A stretch of 64,000 bases of DNA, taken from the NCBI GenBank assembly GCA_963700145.1, contig OY969474.1, positions 1,152,001-1,216,000 of the forward strand, given 5' to 3'. The notes under the pieces are model-generated. The model was not told the DNA's origin and did not search any database. It was given only the letters and a program-made list of their open reading frames with translations. The stretch comes from an uncultured Acidobacteriota bacterium. Lineage in GTDB: Bacteria; Acidobacteriota; Thermoanaerobaculia; Multivoradales; UBA5704. Positions 20,677 through 32,790 of this stretch are shown here, piece by piece (the first letter of the stretch is position 1; the number at the start of each line of letters is the position of its first letter). Both the position numbers and the translations under genes were made by a program.

Positions 20677-22889
20677 GGCGCCGCCGGCGCCGAGCGGTGC
20701 TCGTGGATCGGCTGCCGCTCGTCGTTCTCGTGCGGGTGCGCGGCCCAGAACTGCGGGTTCAAGATGTGTCCGGCCTCCATCGGCCCGAAGCGGGCGAAGA
20801 GCTTCTGGTGGCGGGCGGCGCGCTCCGTGTCGCCGAGCGCTCGCCAGGCGAGCATCAGGCTGTTGTGTGCGGCGCGGTCCTCGGGGTCGATGTCGAGGAT
20901 CGCCTCCAGCTCGGCGACCGCCCCGCGGTAGTCCTGCTCGAGCAGGAGGAGCGTGACGATCTCGTTGCGCAGCACGCGGTCGCGCGGGTGGCGCAGCGCG
21001 GCCTTGCGCAGCAGCTCGAGCGCCTTCTGCACCTCCCCTTCTTCCTTGAGGAGCAGCCCCTGGTAGATCCACACCCGCGGCGCCTCCGGGGCGAGCGCGG
21101 CGGCGCGGTCGAGCGCGGCGCGGGCGGCGGCGAGGTCACCTTCGGCGAGCGCCACCTGCCCGAGGTTGAGCCAGCCGTCGAGGAAGGCCGGGGCGAGGCG
21201 CACCGCCGCGTCGAAGGCGGCGCGGGCGCCGCGCAGGTCGCGCTGCGTCCAGAGCGCGATGCCGTAGTCGTTCCAGCGCTCGACGTCCGCCGCCGGCGGC
21301 GGCGCGGCCGGCGCGGGCGCCGGCGGCAGCGGCGCGCCGGCGTCCACCACCCGCAGGGTGACGCTGTCCTCGGCCATCGTGACGATCGGCAGCCGCGGCG
21401 TCTCGGGCTCGCCGGCGAAGACCCAGCGGGTGAGCTCCCAGGCGAGCTTGCGGTAGTTGAGGCGTGCGGTGAGGGTGATCGTGTCGCCGGCGTCGGGCGG
21501 CACCTCGAGGCGGAAGTGGACCGCCTCGGAGGCGCTCGGCATGATGCGCCGCAGCGAGGCGACGCCGCGCGCCGCCCAGGCGTCGCGACGCACGATGGGC
21601 TCGCCCCGCTCGTCCACCCAGCGGTTGCGCCAGAAGTGGGCGCCGGGATCGACGGGCGAGCCCTCGTCGGCGCGCCCACTCCAGAAGACGACGCGGCCAC
21701 GGGAGTCCACCCCCTTGAGCTCCAGCCAGCAGTCGTGGACGTCCTGCTTGCCGCCGGGGAAGAGGTGGCCGACGCCGCGGGTGCGGACGACGACGGTGAC
21801 CCGGCGGGACTCGCCGCGGCGCACCGCGGCGGCGGCGCGGTCGAGCGGGGCGATGACAGGCGCCTCGACGGCGCCCGCGACCGGCGCCTCGGCGGCGCCC
21901 GCGGCCAGCTCCGGCGCCTGGAGCGCGAAGAGATCCACCGTCACCTGCCGCGCCTTGAGGAACGCCTCCACCGCGGCGAGCTGCGCGCGGTCGCCGTGGA
22001 GCGCCGGGAGCGCGGTGTTGGCGGCGGCGAACCTGTGCGAGCCGGCCGCCATGTGGCAGTCGACGCAGCTCCGCGGCCGGTCGGGGAAGTAGAAGCTGCG
22101 CGCCCCGTGGCCGGAGATCGCGTTGGCCTGCCAGGCGTCGTAGTCGTTCATCTCGCGCAGGTAGCCCTTGCCGTTGACCGGCTCGTCGAGGTGCGACTTG
22201 TGGCAGCTCGCGCAGAGCTCGGCGCTCCCGAGGACCGGCCGGGCGTAGGCGCGGCGGTGGGCCGCGGGGTCGACGCGCACCAGGTGCTCGTGGACGGCGC
22301 GCAGCAGCGGCTCGGAGCTGGTCGCCAGGTCGTGGAGGGGCGGCGGGTCGAGCACGTGGTCGCCCTGCCCCATCGAGCTGCGGACGGTGGCGATGCCGTG
22401 GCAGGCGGTGCAGCCGACGCCGCTCCGCGCCAGCGCCGGGTCGGCGGCGGCGAGGTTGTCGATCTGGCCGCTGTGTAGGAGGGCCGGCGCGTGGCAGCCG
22501 GCGCACCAGCGGCCGGCGACCGGCGCCACCCCCGCGGCCCGCTGGAAGGCCTCGAAGGTCTTGCGGAACCAGGGGTTCTCGAGGCCCGAGAAGCGGTGCG
22601 GCGAGGAGCGCCACTCGGCGGCGACGTCGGGGTGGCAGCCGGCGCTGCCGCACCCCTCGGCGTCGGCGAAGAGGCGCGCGTCGAGCCGGCCGCCGGCCGC
22701 GTTGCGGGCCGAGGAGGGGAAGAAGGGGCCGTCGGCGCCGCCCTCCGCTTCCTCGGCCATCGAGAGCGGCGCGGGAGGATTTCTTAGCGTCCAGGTGCCC
22801 TCGGGCGCCACGGCGGCGCCGAGGGCGGCCGCGGCGGCCGCGCCACAGGCCAGTAGGAGAGAGCTGCTCGACAGCAGGTGACGTCGCAT
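20673..22889 (-). CDS. Multiheme c-type cytochrome with C-terminal TPR repeats
   Basis: CGSAGCH, CAGCH, CTACH, CASCH, CVDCH; TPR-like helices; signal peptide. Confidence 0.85.
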   Translation of the reverse strand: MRRHLLSSSSLLLACGAAAAAALGAAVAPEGTWTLRNPPAPLSMAEEAEGGADGPFFPSSARNAAGGRLDARLFADAEGCGSAGCHPDVAAEWRSSPHRFSGLENPWFRKTFEAFQRAAGVAPVAGRWCAGCHAPALLHSGQIDNLAAADPALARSGVGCTACHGIATVRSSMGQGDHVLDPPPLHDLATSSEPLLRAVHEHLVRVDPAAHRRAYARPVLGSAELCASCHKSHLDEPVNGKGYLREMNDYDAWQANAISGHGARSFYFPDRPRSCVDCHMAAGSHRFAAANTALPALHGDRAQLAAVEAFLKARQVTVDLFALQAPELAAGAAEAPVAGAVEAPVIAPLDRAAAAVRRGESRRVTVVVRTRGVGHLFPGGKQDVHDCWLELKGVDSRGRVVFWSGRADEGSPVDPGAHFWRNRWVDERGEPIVRRDAWAARGVASLRRIMPSASEAVHFRLEVPPDAGDTITLTARLNYRKLAWELTRWVFAGEPETPRLPIVTMAEDSVTLRVVDAGAPLPPAPAPAAPPPAADVERWNDYGIALWTQRDLRGARAAFDAAVRLAPAFLDGWLNLGQVALAEGDLAAARAALDRAAALAPEAPRVWIYQGLLLKEEGEVQKALELLRKAALRHPRDRVLRNEIVTLLLLEQDYRGAVAELEAILDIDPEDRAAHNSLMLAWRALGDTERAARHQKLFARFGPMEAGHILNPQFWAAHPHENDERQPIHEHRSAPAAP

Positions 22890-23004
22890 CGTCCGTACGG
22901 ACGCACGGCCGACCGGCGCCCGTACGCAAGGTGCGGAGCGGCGGAGAGCGCGGGACAGCGGCGGCCGCTCGCCGGGCTAGGATGCCGGCGAGAGGAGGAG
23001 CGCG

Positions 23005-24078
23005 ATGAGAGACCGCAAGAGCCCGTTTTCGAGCCTGGCCGCCGCCGCCTTCGCCGCCGCCCTCCTCGCCGCCTGCGGCGGCGGGGACGAGGCGGACTTC
23101 GAAGAGACCCCGCTGCCGGCGACGACGGAGCCCGCCCCGGCGCCGGCGCCGGCCGCGGCCGGAGCGCCGGGCGGCGCAGTCCAGGTCGATCCCGCGCTCC
23201 CCGCCTACCGCCCGGCCGGGAGCCTCGCGGGCACGCTCAACTCGATCGGCTCGGACACCCTCAACAACCTGATGACTCTGTGGGCCGAGGCCTTCCGCCG
23301 CCACCACCCGAGCGTGCAGACACAGATCGAAGGCAAGGGCTCCTCCACAGCGCCGCCGGCGCTCATCGAGGGCACGGCGCAGCTCGGGCCGATGAGCCGC
23401 GAGATGAAGGCGAGCGAGATCGACGCCTTCGAGCGCGAGTTCGGCTACCCGCCGACGCAGGTGCGAGTGGCGGTCGACGCCCTCGCCGTCTACGTCCACC
23501 GCGACAACCCGCTCGCGCGCCTCACCCTGCCGCAGGTGGACGCCATCTTCGGCAAGTCGCGCGCCTGCGGCCATCCGCGGCCGATCGACACCTGGGCCGA
23601 CGCCGGTGTCGCCGGGCCGCTGGCGGCGCGGCCGATCAGCCTCTACGGCCGCAACTCGGCCTCCGGCACCTACGGCTTCTTCAAGGAGAAGGCGCTCTGC
23701 GGCGGCGACTTCCGCGACACCGTCAAGGAGCAGCCGGGGTCGGCGTCGGTGGTGCAGGGGGTGAGCGAGGACGCCGCGGGCATCGGCTACAGCGGCATCG
23801 GCTACCGCACCTCGGGGGTCAAGCCGCTGACCCTGGCCGCGCGCGACGGCGCGCCCTTCGTCGGCGTCGATCCGGAGGACGTGCTGGCCGGCCGCTACCC
23901 GCTGTCGCGCTACCTCTACATCTACGTCAACCGCGCGCCCGGCAAGCCGCTGCCGCCGCTGGTGGCGGAGCTCCTGCGCTTCGTGCTCTCGCGCGAGGGG
24001 CAGGAGGTGGTGGTCAAGGACGGCTACCTGCCGCTTCCCGCCGCGGTGGCACGGGAGGAGCTGGCGAAGCTCCGCTAG
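23005..24078 (+). CDS. pstS: Phosphate-binding lipoprotein PstS
   Basis: Lipobox LAAC; GSDTL, EGKGSSTA, GRNSASGTY, YPLSRYLY. Confidence 0.9.
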   Translation: MRDRKSPFSSLAAAAFAAALLAACGGGDEADFEETPLPATTEPAPAPAPAAAGAPGGAVQVDPALPAYRPAGSLAGTLNSIGSDTLNNLMTLWAEAFRRHHPSVQTQIEGKGSSTAPPALIEGTAQLGPMSREMKASEIDAFEREFGYPPTQVRVAVDALAVYVHRDNPLARLTLPQVDAIFGKSRACGHPRPIDTWADAGVAGPLAARPISLYGRNSASGTYGFFKEKALCGGDFRDTVKEQPGSASVVQGVSEDAAGIGYSGIGYRTSGVKPLTLAARDGAPFVGVDPEDVLAGRYPLSRYLYIYVNRAPGKPLPPLVAELLRFVLSREGQEVVVKDGYLPLPAAVAREELAKLR

Positions 24079-24143
24079 GTCGCTGATTTGTAAAAGATTC
24101 ATCCCTCGCTATGGGTTGGCGGCCGTTTTAACCGCTCCCGGTG

Positions 24144-24159
24144 TGGCACTTCCGTTGCA
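24144..24159 (+). promoter_or_regulatory. Sigma-54 (-24/-12) promoter TGGCAC-TTCCG-TTGCA
   Basis: Exact match to TGGCAC-N5-TTGC(A/T), 75 bp upstream of ATG 24235, with an AT-rich stretch upstream. Confidence 0.8.
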
Positions 24160-24234
24160 GAGCTAGAGACGGTGGAGGCTCCAACGTGGGGCTCACTCCA
24201 GGACGGGCGTTCAACTTCCACAGGAGAGATTGAG

Positions 24235-24837
24235 ATGAAGAATCTAGCTCTGTCCCTATTGGCCCTCGCGCTGATCGCCGGGCCCGCTATCGCTCAGGAA
24301 GTGCAGCCGCTGAACAATCCGCCGGTGCAGGAGGAGCGCACCAACCCGGACGCGCCTGCGATCACCGGCGACTCGGGGCTGACCATCACCGGTACGGTCG
24401 TGTCGTTCACCGACAGCGCCGTGGTCCTCAGCTCCACGGCCGGCGACCTGACCATCCAGATGACCCCGCAGACCTCGCGGCCGGCCACCTTCACCACCGG
24501 TGAGAACCTCGCCATCGACTACGTGCGCAACTCGAACGGCACGATGATCGCCACCGCGATCCGTCCGGTGGGGACCCCGGGGACGGAGGTCGACCACACG
24601 CTGCACGCCCCGGCCCCGTCGGTGCAGGTCGAGACCCAGCTGCAGCCCGCGCCGGAGGTCGAGGCCGAGGTCGAGGCCGACGTGGACGCTGACCTCGACA
24701 CCGACGTCGAAGCCGACGTGGACGTCGACACCAGCGACGACACGCTCCCCGAGACCGGCAGCGAAACGCCTCTGGCCGGCCTGATCGGCCTGCTGGCGCT
24801 CGCCGCCGCGACCGCGCTGCGCACCCGCAAGGTCTGA
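24235..24837 (+). CDS. LPXTG-anchored sortase substrate
   Basis: Signal peptide; acidic linker; C-terminal LPETGS + hydrophobic segment + RTRK tail. Confidence 0.9.
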   Translation: MKNLALSLLALALIAGPAIAQEVQPLNNPPVQEERTNPDAPAITGDSGLTITGTVVSFTDSAVVLSSTAGDLTIQMTPQTSRPATFTTGENLAIDYVRNSNGTMIATAIRPVGTPGTEVDHTLHAPAPSVQVETQLQPAPEVEAEVEADVDADLDTDVEADVDVDTSDDTLPETGSETPLAGLIGLLALAAATALRTRKV

Positions 24838-24929
24838 CGCGGGCGCCCGAGCGCGCGTAAGATCCTCTCGAACGCCCCCGGGGGCCGCGCCTGAGACCGG
24901 CGGTCCCCGATCGGGTTTCTTTGCCCCCG

Positions 24930-25688
24930 ATGGATTCTCACGACGCAGTCCCCCGGCGAGCCCGCAAGGGCTCGCTGCGGCTTTTGGAAACAGCGCTCTG
25001 GGTCGTCGCGGCCCTGGGGATCGGCTGGTTCCTCGTCGCCCAGCTCGAAGGGGACCTCTACCAGGCGCGCGAGGAGGCGCTGCTCGAGGAACGGCTCGCC
25101 GCCTCGCGGCCGGCGCCGGCCCCGCGGCGCGGCGCGGCCTCCGCGACCGCCCCGAGCGTCGCCGGGCGGCCATCTGAACGGCCGGCGGAGCGGGGCGCCG
25201 CCCGGCCCGCGGAGCTCCCCGGCGAGGAGGAGCCCCCGGAGGCGCCGGCGCCGCCGGCCCTGCCAGGCGGCGCGTTCGGCAAGCTGGCGATCCCGCGGCT
25301 CGGGCTCTCGGTGGTGGTGGCGGGCGGCACCGACAAGCGCACCCTCCGCCGGGCGGTGGGGCACATCCCGGGCACGGCGATGCCCGGCGAGGCGGGCAAC
25401 GTCGGGCTCGCCGGCCACCGCGACCGCTACTTCCGGCCGCTCAAGGACGTGCGCCGGGACGACGAGATCACCCTCACCACGCCGGAGGGCACCTTTCGCT
25501 ATCGGGTCGAGTGGACCGAGGTGGTCGAGCGCACCGCCGTCCACGTGCTGGACGACACCGCCGCGCCGGCGCTGACGCTAGTGACCTGCTACCCCTTCTA
25601 CTACGTCGGCCCGGCGCCCAGGCGGTTCATCGTCCGCGCCCGGCAGATCGGGCACGAGCCGCCGGCGACGGCCGGCGCGGCGCCCTAA
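24930..25688 (+). CDS. Class D-like sortase
   Basis: N-terminal TM; LAGHRD, TLVTCYPF, RFIVRA (His/Cys/Arg triad). Confidence 0.95.
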   Translation: MDSHDAVPRRARKGSLRLLETALWVVAALGIGWFLVAQLEGDLYQAREEALLEERLAASRPAPAPRRGAASATAPSVAGRPSERPAERGAARPAELPGEEEPPEAPAPPALPGGAFGKLAIPRLGLSVVVAGGTDKRTLRRAVGHIPGTAMPGEAGNVGLAGHRDRYFRPLKDVRRDDEITLTTPEGTFRYRVEWTEVVERTAVHVLDDTAAPALTLVTCYPFYYVGPAPRRFIVRARQIGHEPPATAGAAP

Positions 25689-26579
25689 CCCTCCGCCCCG
25701 CCATTCAGCTCTTCGGGCAGGAAGCGGTACTGCGCGGCGCAGAACGCGCAGTCGGCGACGATCTCGCCGCGCTCGTCGCGCAGATGGTCGCGGTCCTCGG
25801 CGGCGAGCAGCGCCAGGTGGCGATACAGGCGCTCGCGGCTGCAGCGGCAGCGGTAGCGCAGCGGGCGGCTCTCGACGACCTCGCGGTCGAGCCCGGCGAA
25901 GAGGGTCGAGAGCACCTGCTCGGCGCCTCCCTCCTCCACCAGGTGGCTGACGCCGCGCATGCCGGCGATGTTCCCCTCCAGCCGGTCGATCGCCTCGTCG
26001 CGCGCCCCGGGCAGCACCTCGACGATGATCCCGCCCGCCGCCGCGACGCCGAACGGCTTGCCGAGGACCCCAAGCAGCACGGCCGAGCGGGTCTGCTCGC
26101 TCTGGGCGAGGTAGTGGGCGAGGTCCTCGCTGATCTCGCCGCTCACCAGCTCGACCTGGCTGTGGTAGCTGCCGCCGCCGGCGTGCTCGCGCAGGACGCG
26201 CAGGAGCCCCTGGCCGACGGCGCTGCCGACGCCGAGCTTGCCGTCGGCCCGGTCGGGCACGGCGACGCGCGGGTCCCCCACCATGCCGCGCAGGTTCCCC
26301 TCCTGGTCGGCCTCGGCGAGGACGCGGCCGATCGGCCCGTCCCCCTTGACCTCCAGCACCAGGCGGGTCGGCACCTTGGTCGCCAGGCGCAGCAGCAGCG
26401 CGGCACCGGCGAGCGAGCGGCCGAGGGCGGCCGCGGCGACCGGCGAGAGGTCGAGCCGCCCGCGCGCCTCCTCGACCACGCCGGTGACGTCCGCCACCCC
26501 CCAGCGCAGGCTCCCGCCCCCCGCCAGACCGAGCTGGAGGGAACCGTTGTGGCCCGTTGTCGTGCGGTTCGAGACTCAT
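25685..26579 (-). CDS. hslO: Hsp33 redox chaperone with apparent +1 frameshift near 5' end
   Basis: GDGPIG, SGEISEDLAHYL.QSEQ, CRC...CAFC zinc centre; ATG 26579 joins the main frame only if one base near 26553 is removed. Confidence 0.85.
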
Positions 26580-26620
26580 CGCCTGCTGGAGAACTGCGGC
26601 ACCCTGCCGCGGATTCCCGG

Positions 26621-27895
26621 TTAGCGGGAGACCGGGCTGGCCGCGGCGAGGGCGGCGACGGCGGCGCGGTGGACTTCCCGCCAGGGGAGGCCGCGCTCGA
26701 GGGCGAGCCGCCGCACCGACTCGAACTCCGGCGCGGCGGCAAGCGGCCGGCCGTCGAGGCGCGCGCGCTTGACCGCCACCGGCCCGTAGGGGGTCTCGAC
26801 CTCACCGCTCTCGCGCTCGGCCTCCAGCCGCGCGGCGCGGTGGAAACGGCAGCCGAGCGAGCCCGACTCGGCGAGGAGGAGCCCGGCCAGGGGCTCCAGC
26901 TCGGCGGGGCGGCAGAGGAGGGTGACGAGCGTCCCCGGCCGGTTCTTCTTCATCTGCACCGGCGTGAAGTAGACGTCGAGCGCGCCGGCGCCGAGGAGCC
27001 GCTCCATGAGGAAGCCGAAGCCCTCGCCCGGCAGGTCGTCCACCTCGCACTCGACGACCATCACCTCCGCCGTCGCCCCCGCCGCGGCCGCCGCCCGCCC
27101 GGCGAGGAGGCGTACGGCGTTCGGCCGCTCGCGCGTGTCGCGCCGGCCGAGGCCGTAACCGCTCCCCTCGAGCACCATCGCCGGCGCGTCGCCGAAGCCG
27201 TCGACCAGCTCGGCGAGGAGGACCGCGCCGGTCGGCGTCGTCAGCTCCCCGTCGCCGCCGCCGTAGACCGGCACGCCGCGCAGCAGCGCGGCGGTGGCCG
27301 GCGCCGGCACCGGCAGCTCGCCGTGCGCGGTGCGCACGCGGCCGCCCCCGACGTTGACCGGCGAGGCGGTCAGCCGCTCGGGCGCCAGGTGCTCGATCGC
27401 CGCCGCCGCGCCGACCAGGTCGACGATCGAGTCGACCGCCCCGACCTCGTGGAAGTGGATCGCTTCGAGCGGCACCCCGTGCGCCGCGGCCTCGGCCTCG
27501 CCGAGCCGCACGAAGAGCCGCTCGGCGCGCTCACGCACCGGCGCGGCGAGGGCGCCGGCGCGGAGCAGGCCCAGGATGTCGGTGAGGGACCGTCCGTGAC
27601 CGGACGCGGAGTGGTGCTCGTGCGGGTGGTCGTGGGCGCCGTGGCGGTGCGGGTGCGGATGCGTGTCCGCAACGCCCGACTCCTCGACCGGCCGCCCGTC
27701 GAGCAGCACCTGGAAGTAGGTCCCGGCGAGGCCGCCGCGCGCCTCCTTCCGCGCCTCGACACCGACGCGCGCCAAGCCGAGCCGGGCCACCGTCTCCTCC
27801 AGCACCGCGAGCGGCATCCCGAGGTCGAGACAGGCGCCGAGGAACATGTCGCCGGCGAGGCCGCTCCAGCAATCCAGGTGGTAGACGCGGCCCAT
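26621..27895 (-). CDS. larC: Nickel-pincer cofactor nickel insertase LarC
   Basis: DCWSGLAGDMFLGA, His-rich insert, HFHEVGAVDSIVD, ELTTPTGA, MKKNRPG. Confidence 0.93.
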   Translation of the reverse strand: MGRVYHLDCWSGLAGDMFLGACLDLGMPLAVLEETVARLGLARVGVEARKEARGGLAGTYFQVLLDGRPVEESGVADTHPHPHRHGAHDHPHEHHSASGHGRSLTDILGLLRAGALAAPVRERAERLFVRLGEAEAAAHGVPLEAIHFHEVGAVDSIVDLVGAAAAIEHLAPERLTASPVNVGGGRVRTAHGELPVPAPATAALLRGVPVYGGGDGELTTPTGAVLLAELVDGFGDAPAMVLEGSGYGLGRRDTRERPNAVRLLAGRAAAAAGATAEVMVVECEVDDLPGEGFGFLMERLLGAGALDVYFTPVQMKKNRPGTLVTLLCRPAELEPLAGLLLAESGSLGCRFHRAARLEAERESGEVETPYGPVAVKRARLDGRPLAAAPEFESVRRLALERGLPWREVHRAAVAALAAASPVSR

Positions 27896-27904
27896 GCGGT
27901 CACG

Positions 27905-28594
27905 CTAGCACGCGCCGCGCTGGTGCAAGGACACCCAGCGCCCGCCGCCGCCGAGGATCATGTGGTCCACCAGGCGCACGCCGACCACCTCGCCGGCCTC
28001 CGCCAGGCGGCGGGTGAAGAGCAGGTCGTCGGCGCTCGGGCTGGGGTCGCCGCTCGGATGGGTGTGGAAGAGGAGGATGCCGGCGGCGCCGCGCAGCAGC
28101 CCCTCCTTGAGGATCTCGCGCGGCTCGACGGCGGCGCGGCTCAGCGTGCCGCGGAAGATTTCCTTCTCCCCCATCAGCCGGTTGCGGCTGTCGAGGAAGA
28201 GCGCGCCGACGACCTCCTGGTCGCGCATCCGGTAGCGCAGCGCCAGGTAGCTCGCCACCTCCCCCGGCCGGCTCAGCGGATCGCGCTCGGGGAGCTGCTG
28301 GCGCAGCAGGCGGCGGCCGAGCTCGAGGGCCGCCAGCAGGCTCGCCGACTTCGCCGGCCCGAGGCCGTGCCGGCGCAAGGCGTAGGGGTTCAAGCTGGGC
28401 AGCCCCGCGAGGCCGTCCACGTCGCGCAGCAGCTCGTAGGCGAGCTGGACCGCCGAGCAGCCCTTGTGGCCGGTGCGCAGGAGCACGGCCAGCAGCTCGG
28501 CGTCCGACAGCGCATGGCTGCCCTGGTCGAGCAGCCGCTCGCGCGGCCGCTCGGCATGGGGCAGCTCCTGGATCAGCGAGTCGATGGCCGCCAT
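27905..28594 (-). CDS. radC: RadC family JAB-domain protein
   Basis: RPRERLL...LSDAELLAVLLRTG; HTHPSGDPSPSADD. Confidence 0.92.
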   Translation of the reverse strand: MAAIDSLIQELPHAERPRERLLDQGSHALSDAELLAVLLRTGHKGCSAVQLAYELLRDVDGLAGLPSLNPYALRRHGLGPAKSASLLAALELGRRLLRQQLPERDPLSRPGEVASYLALRYRMRDQEVVGALFLDSRNRLMGEKEIFRGTLSRAAVEPREILKEGLLRGAAGILLFHTHPSGDPSPSADDLLFTRRLAEAGEVVGVRLVDHMILGGGGRWVSLHQRGAC

Positions 28595-29328
28595 CGCGCG
28601 ATCGCCTCCGTCAGGGCGGGGAGCGCTTCGCCGGCCGGCGCGGCCAGCCGCCAGGCGGCCAGCGGCGACAGCGGCGTGGGCTCCGGGTTGACCTCCAGGA
28701 CGCAGGCGCCGGCGCGATGGGCGAGCTCGATCAGCCCGGCCGCCGGGTAGACCTGGGCGGAGGTGCCGATCGAGACGAACAGCTCGCACTCAGCGGCCGC
28801 CGCCTGGGCCCGCGCCAGCGCCGCGCGCGGCAGCGCCTCGCCGAACCAGACGACCGCCGGCCGGAAGCGCCCGCCGCAGCGGCAGCGCGGCGGGGCGTCC
28901 GGGGACTCCGCCACCGCCTCGGCCATCGGCCGCTCGGCGGCGCACCGCTCGCAGCGGGCGCGGTCGATCGTGCCGTGCAGCTCGACCGGGTCGCGGCTGC
29001 CGGCGCGGCGGTGGAGGCCGTCGACGTTCTGCGTCACCAGGAGGTAAGACGGAAAAAGGGCCTCCCAACGTGTCAGCGCCCGGTGTGCCGGGTTGGGGGA
29101 GGCCGCGGCGACCTGCTCCCAGCGCCAGGCGTACCACCGCCAGACCGTCGCCGGATCGCGCGCGAAGGCCTCCGGCGTCGCCAGCTGCTCCGGGCGGTAC
29201 TCCCCCCACAGCCCGCCTGCGCCGCGGAAGGTCGAGAGCCCGCTCTCCGCCGACACGCCGGCGCCGGTGAACGCCACCACCCGCCGTGCCGCGGCGGCGC
29301 GGCGGAGCAGCTCCGGAGGGAGATCCAC
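28573..29328 (-). CDS. cobB: NAD-dependent deacylase (sirtuin)
   Basis: GAGVSAESGLSTFRG, TQNVDGLH, ELHG, CxxC/CxC, GTSAQVYPAA. Confidence 0.92.
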   Translation of the reverse strand: MDLPPELLRRAAAARRVVAFTGAGVSAESGLSTFRGAGGLWGEYRPEQLATPEAFARDPATVWRWYAWRWEQVAAASPNPAHRALTRWEALFPSYLLVTQNVDGLHRRAGSRDPVELHGTIDRARCERCAAERPMAEAVAESPDAPPRCRCGGRFRPAVVWFGEALPRAALARAQAAAAECELFVSIGTSAQVYPAAGLIELAHRAGACVLEVNPEPTPLSPLAAWRLAAPAGEALPALTEAIARWRPSTR

Positions 29329-29337
29329 GCGCCGAGT

Positions 29338-29366
29338 TTGACAGCCCCGAAGGGCGTTGCTACAAC
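29338..29366 (+). promoter_or_regulatory. Sigma-70-type promoter for speB (TTGACA-17-TACAAC, with TGn extension)
   Basis: Perfect -35, 17-bp spacer, -10 lying 9 bp upstream of ATG 29376; no RBS. Confidence 0.55.
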
Positions 29367-29375
29367 TCCGGCCCC

Positions 29376-30243
29376 ATGCCCTATCTCCCCAACAACTTCG
29401 GCCTCCTCGAGGACGAGTTCTCGCGCTACGCGACCAGCGTCGTGGCCGTCCTGCCGGTGCCGTTCGAGCGCACCACCTCCTACGGCAAGGGGACGACGGC
29501 CGGGCCGGCCGCGATCCTGCGCGCCTCGCAGGCGATGGAGCTCTACGACGAGGAGCTGGGGGGCGAGCCCTTCCGCGTCGGCATCGCCACGCTGCCGCCC
29601 TTCCTCCCCGAGGCGTTCGACCTCGGCGAGGCGCTGGCCGAGCTCGAGGAGGCGGCGCGCGTCCAGCTCGCGGCCGGGAAGTTCCTCGTCACTCTCGGCG
29701 GCGAGCACAGCCTGACCCAGGCGCCGGTGCGCGCCGCGCGCGCCGTCCACGGCGAGATCGGCGTCGTGCAGTTCGACGCCCACGCCGACCTGCGCGAGGA
29801 GTTCGAGGGCACCCCCTACTCGCACGCCAGCGTCATGCACCGGTTGGTCGAGGACGGCTTCCCGACGCTCGCCGTGGGCATCCGCTCGCTCTCCACCCCC
29901 GAAGCCGAGCTCATCCGCGAGCGCTCGCTCGCCGTCCTCTGGGGCCACCAGCTGGCACGCGCCGAGGAGCTCTTCGCGCCCCTCCTCGCCGCGCTGCCGG
30001 AAAAGGTCTACCTCAGCTTCGACGTCGACTACTTCGATCCCTCGCTGGTGCCGGCGACCGGCACGCCGGAGCCCGGCGGCGGGCTCTGGTACCCGACGCT
30101 CGCCCTCCTTCGCGCCCTCTTCCGCAGCAAGCGGGTGATCGCGATGGACTTGGTCGAGCTGGCGCCGATCGGCGGCCAGCCGGCGAGCGACTTCCTCGCC
30201 GCCAAGCTGGTCTACAAGTGCATCGGATATCTCGCGGAGGCGC

Positions 30244-30260
<17 letters not shown>
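29376..30260 (+). CDS. speB: Agmatinase (ureohydrolase family)
   Basis: GGEHS, DAHAD, SFDVD, TGTPEPGG. Confidence 0.9.
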
Positions 30261-32787
<2,527 letters not shown>

Positions 32788-32790
32788 CGT

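Noticed and set aside
24908-24922. Intrinsic terminator between substrate and sortase (CCCGATCGGG followed by TTTCTTT)
   Set aside because: Stem too short once a loop is allowed; not supportable
23005-27895. Orphan pstS and larC as novel systems
   Set aside because: Both are commonly dispersed from partner genes, which may lie outside the window
27905-28594. radC as a marker of a mobile element
   Set aside because: Full-length form in a host-like cobB-radC-larC-hslO run; no integrase or transfer genes
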